Below are positions 6,647 to 13,240 of a DNA stretch of 13,240 nucleotides, in pieces. Below the pieces are notes generated by a model. It saw only the letters and a program-made list of their open reading frames with translations. It searched no databases and had not been told where the DNA came from. The DNA is from PVC group bacterium (GTDB lineage Bacteria > GCA-001730085 > JADFSZ01). The position numbers and the translations under genes were made by a program. The DNA lies in contig JADFSZ010000025.1 of the NCBI GenBank assembly GCA_022560555.1, positions 1-13,240 of the forward strand, written 5' to 3'. The number at the start of each line of letters is the position of its first letter. The first letter of the stretch is position 1.

Positions 6647-7147
6647 ATGACTGAGCAGACACTGATTCTGATTAAGCCTGATGGCTTGAAAAAGTCCCTA
6701 ACCGGCAATATTTTGTCCAAGCTGTCCGAGCTGAAATTCGAGATCATCGGAACCAAAATTGTCCGTGTATCTGAATCTTTAGCCAGGAAGCACTATAAGG
6801 ATTTGCTTGATAAACCATTTTTTCCGGATTTGCTTAAGTATATCCGGGGGGAATTTCACACACGTCGTGTGATGGCCCTCGTTTACAGCGGCGAAGATTG
6901 TATTAAGAGTGTGCGGAAGCTGGCCGGGGCCACAAATCCTGAAGAAGCGGATCCCGTGAGTATTCGCGGGGCGTATGGACGTGTTACAACGTATGGTGTT
7001 TTCGAAAATGTGATCCATTGTTCGAGTTGTCCGGAAGACGCCAAACGTGAGATACAATTGTGGTTCGAGCCCGATGAGCTTGTGGACGAATTATATCCGG
7101 TACAAACAGTTGCGGTCCAGAAGCCCCAAAAGAGAGTTTGGGCTTAG
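6647..7147 (+). CDS. ndk: Nucleoside diphosphate kinase with an atypical active-site neighbourhood and a C-terminal extension
   Basis: MTEQTLILIKPDG... aligns with the canonical Ndk N-terminus. Also present are KPFFPDL, LAGATNP, IRGAYG and the catalytic His in NVIHCSSC (canonical N..HGSD). The ORF is open from GTG 6632, but ATG 6647 fits the family N-terminus better and has GAAGAG 7 nt upstream. Confidence 0.9.
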   Translation: MTEQTLILIKPDGLKKSLTGNILSKLSELKFEIIGTKIVRVSESLARKHYKDLLDKPFFPDLLKYIRGEFHTRRVMALVYSGEDCIKSVRKLAGATNPEEADPVSIRGAYGRVTTYGVFENVIHCSSCPEDAKREIQLWFEPDELVDELYPVQTVAVQKPQKRVWA

Positions 7148-7159
7148 AGAAAGAAAATT

Positions 7160-8359
7160 ATGAACATCGAACAAAAGAAATGTCATCAAGATATTCGTCT
7201 ATCCCGTCGTGTAAAAGATTTAAAACCTTCCATTACTCTTGAAATCACGGCCAAAGCGAAAAAGATGCGTTCCGAAGGTATCGACATTATTAGTTTGAGC
7301 GCGGGCGAGCCTGATTTTAACACGCCGGATCTGGTCAAAGAGGCTGCCAAACAAGCGATTGATGATAACTTTACGCGCTATACGCCCGCGGCCGGAATTC
7401 TCGAACTGAGAAAAGGAGTGGCGGAAAAATTAAAACGCGACAATGATCTCGAATATTCTCCTGAATGTATTTCTCTATGTTCGGGAGCGAAGCACGCGAT
7501 TTATAACGTGATACAGGTCCTGTGTGATCCAAACGATGAGGTATTGATTCCCGCGCCTTACTGGGTTAGTTACCCTGAGATGGTCTTGCTCGCCAGCGCG
7601 AAACCCGTCATTATTCCGACGACGGAATCTATGAATTTTAAAATCACTCCGGACTTATTAGAAAAGTATGTGACAAAAAAATCAAAGATTCTTATTTTGA
7701 ATAGCCCCTCAAATCCGACCGGGATGGTTTATTCCGGTGAAGAATTGAAGGCTTTATCGGAGTTTGTTTGCAAGAACGATCTGATCGTCATATCCGATGA
7801 AATATACGAGAAATTGATTTATGACGGTGAGCATGTGAGTATTGCCTCCTTTCATGATGAAATAAAACAGCGCACGGTTGTTGTGAATGGGTTTTCGAAA
7901 TCACACGCGATGACAGGATGGCGTGTGGGGTATACGGCCGCGAGAATTGAAATCGCTCAAGCGATGAACAATCTTCTTTCTCAAAGCACATCCAATGTGT
8001 CTTCCATCACCCAAAAAGCTTCGTTGGCGGCTTTATTGGTGGAGGAGTCCGTCATTCGAAACATGAGAAATGAGTTTTTAAAAAGGCGCGATCTGATTGT
8101 GGATCGTCTCAACAATATTGCCGGTGTGACCTGTTTGAAACCCGAAGGCGCTTTTTATGTTTTTCCGAATATTAAGAATCTTCAGCGGGGCCCATCGATG
8201 ACTGTTGCCAATGCGCTTTTGGATCAAGCGGAAGTGGCTGTGGTTCCGGGAATTGGTTTTGGTGCCGATGAGAATATCCGTTTATCCTACGCCTGTTCGG
8301 CCGAGGATATCACGGAAGGTCTGAATCGATTTGAAGCCTGGGCAACCCCCCCATCTTAA
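7160..8359 (+). CDS. aspC: Pyridoxal-phosphate-dependent aspartate aminotransferase (class I, subgroup Ib-like)
   Basis: Motifs LSAGEPDFNTPDLVKEAA, YTPAAGILELR, NSPSNPTGMVY and the PLP-lysine motif NGFSKSHAMTGWRVGY, then RLSYA near the C-terminus. Substrate range (Asp, prephenate or other) cannot be set from sequence reading. Confidence 0.9.
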   Translation: MNIEQKKCHQDIRLSRRVKDLKPSITLEITAKAKKMRSEGIDIISLSAGEPDFNTPDLVKEAAKQAIDDNFTRYTPAAGILELRKGVAEKLKRDNDLEYSPECISLCSGAKHAIYNVIQVLCDPNDEVLIPAPYWVSYPEMVLLASAKPVIIPTTESMNFKITPDLLEKYVTKKSKILILNSPSNPTGMVYSGEELKALSEFVCKNDLIVISDEIYEKLIYDGEHVSIASFHDEIKQRTVVVNGFSKSHAMTGWRVGYTAARIEIAQAMNNLLSQSTSNVSSITQKASLAALLVEESVIRNMRNEFLKRRDLIVDRLNNIAGVTCLKPEGAFYVFPNIKNLQRGPSMTVANALLDQAEVAVVPGIGFGADENIRLSYACSAEDITEGLNRFEAWATPPS

Positions 8360-8421
8360 ACGACGTAATATATATATTATCAGTATGTTACTAGCTCATT
8401 CTGATCCTGCCTGCAAATTCA

Positions 8422-8450
8422 TTGACACCCTAACTATATATAAATATAAT
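8422..8450 (+). promoter_or_regulatory. Exact-consensus sigma70 promoter (TTGACA-N17-TATAAT)
   Basis: TTGACA at 8422-8427, a spacer of exactly 17 nt at 8428-8444, and TATAAT at 8445-8450. It lies in a 270-nt AT-rich intergenic region. The predicted TSS is near 8456-8457. Confidence 0.8.
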
Positions 8451-8472
8451 AAGTTACTCGAAATTTTAATTA

Positions 8473-8516
8473 GGGCCGCGATACACGGTCCCTTGAATAA
8501 CAGGCAAGTTTTTTTT
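8473..8516 (+). promoter_or_regulatory. Promoter-proximal GC hairpin followed by a U8 tract; candidate attenuator or sRNA 3' end (non-canonical)
   Basis: GGGCCG (8473-8478) pairs with CGG-t-CCC (8486-8492), giving 6 GC pairs with one bulged T and a 7-nt loop. A weak CTTG/CAAG hairpin follows, then T8 at 8509-8516. The U-tract is 16 nt from the strong stem, so this is not a textbook terminator. Confidence 0.3.
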
Positions 8517-8629
8517 AGAAGAGACCATTTTCAAAAAAGTCTTAAAGGTCTTCCCCTTGATCATGATGGAGTTACGGGAGGGGTTCCTTAACTCTAAAAG
8601 CCCATAGAGATTGATCCGTGTTTTGATTC

Positions 8630-10141
8630 ATGCGTACAACATATCAAAATAAAATACTCATTGTGGATAACGAGAGCGGCATCCGGGATCTTGTCGTGGA
8701 TGTGCTTGAGGGAAGCCCTTATCGGCTTGAGACATATGAAGATGGATTGCAAGCGGTGGAAGCATTGAAAAAGAATCACTACGACATGCTGATAACGGAT
8801 GTCAAAATGCCGGGGATGGATGGCCTGGAACTTATTGAAAAGGCCAAAAAAATTAATCCGGATATTTTAGCCATTGTCATGACCGGTTTTGCAACTTTGG
8901 ATACGGCGCGGATGGCTATCCGTAAAGGGGCGTGCGATTATTTGTTGAAACCGTTTAACATTGTTGAGATCGAGCTTTCGGTAAAAAACGCTTTCATTCG
9001 TAAAGAACTCAACGATGAAAATAACCGCCTCAGGGATCTGACGGGTTTATTTAGCGTCAGCAAAGCCATCAATTCCTCCATCGCGAATTCAGCGGATATC
9101 TATGAAACAATACTAAGAGCTTCGATGGAACAAACATTTGCCGCGAGCGGCAGCCTTGTGATTATCAAAGATGAATCAAGCGAGGAATTTGAATTCGTAA
9201 AATCAGCTCAGTTGTCGAAGAAAGAAGTCCGGGAGTTCAATCAGTTGGTAAAAACGAAAAAATTCGCAAGTTTCGCACTCAGTCAGAGCGATCCTGTTTT
9301 TATGGGTTGCTATGGAGATCAAGGGGAAGGTCCGTCACGTGCCGCTATTAAAAAAACATCTGAATTTAGGTCCGAAGCGTATTTTAAGAAGAAATTCGAT
9401 TATGTTTTTATTCCCATTAAAGTGAATCGGAAAATTCTTGGATTTTTTCTCATGAACAAAAAGGATGACTCTTTTCATCCTTCGGAAATACAAGTGCTGA
9501 CCATTTTATCCAACCAAGCCGCTGTGGCCATCGAGAACAGCCGACTGTTGAAGCAATTGCGTCAAGCCTATCTCAATATGTTCCAGAGTCTCATTGTTGT
9601 ACTGGAAGCGAAAGATCCCTATACCAGCGGACATACCGAGAGAGTAACAGCACTGAGCCTTAAGATCGGAAGCGCCATGGGGCTGGAAAAGAAGGATTTG
9701 GATGTGCTGTCAACGGCGGCCAGGGTGCACGATATCGGGAAAGTCGGAATCAGTGAACTTGTGTTAAATAAAATCGGTAAATTGTCACTTGAGGAAAGAA
9801 AAATTATTGAGGAGCACCCTGTGATCGGAGATCAAATATTGCGGCCGATCAAACATTTTGAGCAAGTTCGTAAAATCGTCCGGCATCATCACGAACAGCC
9901 TGACGGGAAGGGGTATCCGGACGGACTGACCGCCAAGGACCTCAGTGTCTTTATGAACATCGTTCATGTCGCGGACGCTTTTGACGCCATGAATTCGGAT
10001 CGTTCTTATCGAAAATCCCTTTCCGGCAAGAAGATTTTAAATGAATTACTCAAGTACAAAGGTTCTCAGTTTGATGTGCGTGTGGTTAATGTCCTGATGG
10101 ATCTTGTCAAAAAGGGTGACATAAAAGCAAACAAAAATTAA
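8630..10141 (+). CDS. Response regulator with receiver, GAF-like and HD-GYP (c-di-GMP phosphodiesterase) domains
   Basis: REC domain: KILIVDNESGIRDLV, phospho-acceptor context MLITDVKMPGMDG, IVMTGF, YLLKPF. Central GAF-like region ends in ILGFFLMNKK...LSNQAAVAIENSRLLKQL. HD-GYP domain: SGHTERV, RVHDIGKVG, EEHPVIG, VRHHHEQPDGKGYPDGL. An in-frame stop at 8624 fixes ATG 8630 as the first possible start. No SD is evident. Confidence 0.9.
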   Translation: MRTTYQNKILIVDNESGIRDLVVDVLEGSPYRLETYEDGLQAVEALKKNHYDMLITDVKMPGMDGLELIEKAKKINPDILAIVMTGFATLDTARMAIRKGACDYLLKPFNIVEIELSVKNAFIRKELNDENNRLRDLTGLFSVSKAINSSIANSADIYETILRASMEQTFAASGSLVIIKDESSEEFEFVKSAQLSKKEVREFNQLVKTKKFASFALSQSDPVFMGCYGDQGEGPSRAAIKKTSEFRSEAYFKKKFDYVFIPIKVNRKILGFFLMNKKDDSFHPSEIQVLTILSNQAAVAIENSRLLKQLRQAYLNMFQSLIVVLEAKDPYTSGHTERVTALSLKIGSAMGLEKKDLDVLSTAARVHDIGKVGISELVLNKIGKLSLEERKIIEEHPVIGDQILRPIKHFEQVRKIVRHHHEQPDGKGYPDGLTAKDLSVFMNIVHVADAFDAMNSDRSYRKSLSGKKILNELLKYKGSQFDVRVVNVLMDLVKKGDIKANKN

Positions 10142-10169
10142 CAAAATTGTCAGAAGGAGAACAAGGTAC

Positions 10170-11498
10170 ATGGGTATTTTTAAAGCCTACGACATTCGAG
10201 GGATTTATCCGGATGAATTAAATGAAGCGATGGCCCAAAAAATCGGATGGGCCTTTACGAAATTTTTTGGAGCAAAAACAATTGCGGTGGGTTACGATAT
10301 GCGTCAAGCGGCCCCGTCGATTTTTGACGCTTTAGCAAAAGGAATCAACTCCGCGGGGGTTGACGTGGTTTCGATCGGGCAGGTTTCGACGCCCATGATT
10401 TCATTTGTTGTCGGGCATTTTGGGTATGATGCCGGCATCATGATTACCGCTTCGCATAATCCAAAGGAATATATCGGTTTTAAGGTGTGTGATAAGAATG
10501 TTGTTCCGATCGGGTATGATCATGGCCTCGACACTATCGAGCAAATGGTAGAAGAGTTTGCCGGGCCCGAAAAGGTCTCGCAAGGGGATGTGATTGCAAA
10601 AGACATTTGGGATGAGTATGTTTGCCACGTGCATGATCAAGTGGATACTTCGTGTCTAAAACCCCTCAAAGTTGTTGTGGACGCCGGGAACGGCATGGGG
10701 GGAGTCGTTTTTGAAAAGGTTTTTGCCGGTTTGCCGCTCACCGTTGACAAACTTTATTTTGAACCGGACGGAACATTTCCAAACCATGAGCCGAACCCTC
10801 TTAAAAGTGAAAATATGAAGGATTTGCAAAAAAGAGTTATTGAAACTAAATCCGACATTGGCTTTGCGTTTGACGGGGACGCGGATCGTGTGATGTTTGT
10901 GGATGAATCAGGACAGCTCATTTCAAGTGATATGGTCACAATCCTGATCGGGAAATATCTTTTGGAGCAATATCCGGGATCAAAAATTCTTTATGACTTA
11001 AGATCAAGTCGGGCTGTGAAGGAAGAAATTGAGAAGCTCGGAGGACAAACAAGCATGTGCCGTGTCGGACACGCGTTTATTAAAAGGCAGCTCAGGAAGG
11101 AGAACGGCTTGTTTGCCGGAGAACTGTCCGGCCACTATTACTTTAAGAGTAATTTCTATGCAGACAGCGGAATGATGGCCGCTCTCTACGTACTTGCGGC
11201 ACTCTCAAAAGAAGATCAGCCCCTATCGGAATTGATTCAACCGTACAAACGATATTATGCGTCGGGAGAGATTAACTCGGAAGTGCGAAATGCTGATCAG
11301 AAAATCCGAGAAATCGAGAGCCTGTTTTCGGATGGTGATCAAGATCATCTTGACGGACTGACCGTCAACTATTCACGCTGGTGGTTTAACGTAAGAAAAT
11401 CCAACACAGAGCCGGTATTGCGTCTCAATCTTGAAGCGGATGATACAAATCTGGGTGAAGAAAAACTAGAAAAACTCATGAAAGTTATCCGAGGGTAA
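10170..11498 (+). CDS. Phosphomannomutase/phosphoglucomutase (alpha-D-phosphohexomutase, ManB/AlgC-like)
   Basis: GAAGGAG SD. N-terminal FKAYDIRG, catalytic-Ser loop TASHNP, metal loop FAFDGDADR, sugar loop GELSGHYYF and phosphate-binding RKSNTEPVLRL. Confidence 0.92.
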   Translation: MGIFKAYDIRGIYPDELNEAMAQKIGWAFTKFFGAKTIAVGYDMRQAAPSIFDALAKGINSAGVDVVSIGQVSTPMISFVVGHFGYDAGIMITASHNPKEYIGFKVCDKNVVPIGYDHGLDTIEQMVEEFAGPEKVSQGDVIAKDIWDEYVCHVHDQVDTSCLKPLKVVVDAGNGMGGVVFEKVFAGLPLTVDKLYFEPDGTFPNHEPNPLKSENMKDLQKRVIETKSDIGFAFDGDADRVMFVDESGQLISSDMVTILIGKYLLEQYPGSKILYDLRSSRAVKEEIEKLGGQTSMCRVGHAFIKRQLRKENGLFAGELSGHYYFKSNFYADSGMMAALYVLAALSKEDQPLSELIQPYKRYYASGEINSEVRNADQKIREIESLFSDGDQDHLDGLTVNYSRWWFNVRKSNTEPVLRLNLEADDTNLGEEKLEKLMKVIRG

Positions 11499-11499
11499 T

Positions 11500-12201
11500 A
11501 TGACAGCAGGGAGATTTAAGATTCCGTTAAAACGTCAAAAAAGAGAAGAGCTCAGAGCTTTATCAAGTGATGAGATTCGAAAAAAACTCTATGGGGATTT
11601 TGATGTAAAGGCTCCATCTCAAGCTAAAAAGGACACGCGCGTCTTTGATCCCAGAAGTAAGATCTTTTCTGAGAGTGCGGGCTCTGAAAAGAAGCTTTCG
11701 TCGGCTCAAGGCCTGTTTGATCGATGGATTTTGAGGGGGCTCTTTATACAAAAGCGTTTGAAAATTGTTCTTGGAATTGCCCCTGTCCTTTTTTTGGCGC
11801 TTCTAAGTTTATTTTTATTATTCCGGAAAAGCTCGGACACGGTTGTTCAAAATGGCGCCTCCGTTGTTTTATCCCCGGCCAAGCAGGCGCCCCAAGCGGT
11901 GCCACCACCGGATGCAACTGGTGACCCCTCCGGGGCTCTCGCAAACACACCCGGGGCAGGCTCCATTCACTATACTGTTCAGGCCTGCATTTATGACAGC
12001 CAAGACAATGCCGGGCTCCTTGTTAAAGTTTTGGCGGGAGAGGGACATGAGGCGTATATCCATGAGACAATGACAAGCAAAGGGAAAAAAAGATATCGGG
12101 TGTATGTCGGACAGTTTGAGGCCTTAGAGGACGCAAAAAAAACTTTAGAGATTATTCTCAAAAGATTTTCGGACAGCTTTATACGTAAAATCAGCCAATG
12201 A
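11500..12201 (+). CDS. Second bitopic membrane protein with C-terminal SPOR domain and a Pro/Ala-rich linker
   Basis: The ATG lies 1 nt after the PMM/PGM stop. The N-terminus is basic and cytoplasmic. There is one TM helix (IVLGIAPVLFLALLSLFLLF) and a linker AKQAPQAVPPPDATGDPSG. The SPOR-like C-terminus is HYTVQACIYDSQDNAGLLVKVLAGEGHEAYIHE...RYRVYVGQFEALEDAKKTLE. Confidence 0.8.
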   Translation: MTAGRFKIPLKRQKREELRALSSDEIRKKLYGDFDVKAPSQAKKDTRVFDPRSKIFSESAGSEKKLSSAQGLFDRWILRGLFIQKRLKIVLGIAPVLFLALLSLFLLFRKSSDTVVQNGASVVLSPAKQAPQAVPPPDATGDPSGALANTPGAGSIHYTVQACIYDSQDNAGLLVKVLAGEGHEAYIHETMTSKGKKRYRVYVGQFEALEDAKKTLEIILKRFSDSFIRKISQ

Positions 12202-12218
12202 AAGAATCGAGGTGAGCC

Positions 12219-12677
12219 ATGAAACTGAAATGTGTCAAAAAAGACGAAGGATCTCGTATTAAGAATTTTGTGACCACGATTTTGCACGATGAATTTTCAA
12301 TTGATATGGCCGCTTATCCGCATTCGGATCTCGATGATTTAGAGAATTCATACGGAGGCCAAAGAGAAGTGTTCTATTGTCTGATTGACAACAAAAAGAT
12401 TGTCGGGACTGTTGCCGTTAAGAATGATGATGAAAAGACGGCGCTGTTAAGAAGGCTCTTTGTTGACCCGAAATATCGGGGGCAAGGGCTCGGCAAAAAG
12501 CTTGTGGACGCGGCCTTAAAGTTTTGCAAGGAGAACAAATATGAACGCATTTGCTTCAGGTGCACGGAGAGGATGCAGAATGCGATGAAGTTATGTAAGG
12601 CCTATGGTTTTGTTGAGACGGAAAAGGCCGAATTGGCCGGCTTTACGATTCATCATCTTTTAAAGGAAATCCCGTGA
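12219..12677 (+). CDS. GNAT-family N-acetyltransferase
   Basis: GAGGTGA SD. The acetyl-CoA binding motif A is LRRLFVDPKYRGQGLGKKLVDAALKF, followed by YGFVE. The substrate is unknown. Confidence 0.85.
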   Translation: MKLKCVKKDEGSRIKNFVTTILHDEFSIDMAAYPHSDLDDLENSYGGQREVFYCLIDNKKIVGTVAVKNDDEKTALLRRLFVDPKYRGQGLGKKLVDAALKFCKENKYERICFRCTERMQNAMKLCKAYGFVETEKAELAGFTIHHLLKEIP

Positions 12678-13237
12678 AAGCCCCCAAGGAATTAAAAAAT
12701 AAAATGGAGCATCTCACGGGATATATTGCCGAATGGAAGCGAATGTATGATTTTGTGCGTCTGAGCCGCCAGGCGAATACTGTTGACCCGGACGCGGAGA
12801 AAGAATTTTTAAAAGCAAAAAGTTATCTGGCAAGAGCTTATCCGACGGTCGCGAATGCGTGCGTTTTAGGTGTGGGACATAAGCTGTCCGTTAATCCGCT
12901 GAATGTTATTAATCAAGCGGTTTCCCTTGAGCATCTGCATGGCATGCTCGATATACAGGCGAGAAAATTTGAAACGGATTGGCATACTGTGCTCATAGAA
13001 CTGAATCAGTGTTTAGGTGAACTAGATGCGGTTCAAAACGAATTATCCAACCTGTCATGGCTTGATAAGTGCAAAATACGGTTTATGCCTCGTTGGGAAT
13101 ATATTGTTTATCCGTTTTTGATTTTTCTTTTGTTAGCCGTTGGCTGGTTTTTTCTTTTTAAGATGAACGTGTTTGAGGGCGTGAACATTCAGTCGCTTAT
13201 AGATATTGTTAAAGAAAAACTTTCCCGAGCCCCATGA
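12674..13237 (+). CDS. Uncharacterised protein: ~140-aa helical soluble region plus a single C-terminal TM helix
   Basis: The GTG start overlaps the GNAT stop (GTGA), with AGGA 6 nt upstream (alternative ATG 12704). The TM helix is YIVYPFLIFLLLAVGWFFLF. I recognise no family motif. Coding status is supported by length, strand, coupling and the absence of competing ORFs. Confidence 0.6.
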   Translation: MKAPKELKNKMEHLTGYIAEWKRMYDFVRLSRQANTVDPDAEKEFLKAKSYLARAYPTVANACVLGVGHKLSVNPLNVINQAVSLEHLHGMLDIQARKFETDWHTVLIELNQCLGELDAVQNELSNLSWLDKCKIRFMPRWEYIVYPFLIFLLLAVGWFFLFKMNVFEGVNIQSLIDIVKEKLSRAP

Positions 13238-13240
13238 CCG

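Noticed and set aside
7062-7072. GGTTCGAGCCC, a tRNA T-arm-like string
   Set aside because: It lies inside the ndk reading frame (codons for WFEPD). It has no flanking acceptor, D-arm or anticodon-arm complementarity that I could find.
8366-8379. TAATATATATATTA perfect AT palindrome / short (TA)n tract just after aspC
   Set aside because: It is too short and too AT-only to form a stable terminator hairpin, and it has no U-tract. It is most likely low-complexity intergenic sequence.
8331-8591. 86-aa plus-strand ORF (TTG start; internal ATG at 8385) spanning the aspC 3' end and the intergenic region
   Set aside because: It overlaps aspC and has no SD at either start. It runs straight through an exact consensus promoter and the T8 tract, and its codons reflect AT-rich non-coding sequence. 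I cannot fully exclude a small protein without comparative data.
11724-12287. Cluster of five overlapping ORFs on both strands inside the second SPOR gene
   Set aside because: They coincide with the GC-rich Pro/Ala linker, where stop codons are rare in all frames. None has an SD or any motif. The SPOR frame explains the region.
12219-13237. GNAT plus downstream partner as a GNAT-type toxin-antitoxin module
   Set aside because: Known GNAT toxin systems have a small RHH or DUF1778 antitoxin upstream. Here the partner is downstream, 187 aa and membrane-anchored, and the locus shows no mobile-element context.
1-13240. Search for CRISPR arrays, transposases, integrases, phage genes, rRNA/tRNA genes or a defence island
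   Set aside because: I found no direct-repeat/spacer periodicity, no recombinase-like ORFs and no RNA gene signatures. I noticed no abrupt compositional break beyond the AT-rich intergenic gaps. The window reads as core chromosome.

Overview
A 13.2-kb, moderately AT-rich bacterial chromosomal segment. It is gene-dense and almost entirely on the + strand, with one monocistronic gene on the - strand. I support 14 confident CDS plus one candidate small ORF that is below the ORF-track cutoff. In order: rluB (5'-truncated), a SPOR membrane protein, a double-SH3b secreted protein, a small basic protein, a membrane GAF-PP2C (RsbU/SpoIIE-like) phosphatase, the candidate 43-aa four-Cys ORF, a DJ-1/PfpI protein, ilvC, a bidirectional terminator, a TIGR04073-like secreted protein (- strand), ndk, a class-I aspartate aminotransferase, a REC-GAF-HD-GYP response regulator, a phosphomannomutase/phosphoglucomutase, a second SPOR membrane protein, a GNAT acetyltransferase and an uncharacterised tail-anchored membrane protein. 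I found no rRNA, tRNA, CRISPR array, transposase, integrase or recognisable defence genes, so this reads as core genome rather than an accessory island. The small basic protein and the TIGR04073-like protein hint at a PVC-type or uncultured lineage, but that is inference only. The most promising leads are: (1) the unannotated CxxC-x7-C-x10-C mini-ORF coupled to the phosphatase; (2) an exact consensus TTGACA-N17-TATAAT promoter with a hairpin, a U8 tract and a roughly 170-nt leader lacking a Shine-Dalgarno (SD) site, upstream of the HD-GYP regulator; (3) the tightly packed five-gene unit from the HD-GYP regulator to the membrane protein (8630-13237); (4) the translationally coupled SPOR/SH3b pair. 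None of these can be shown to be a new system from sequence reading alone.
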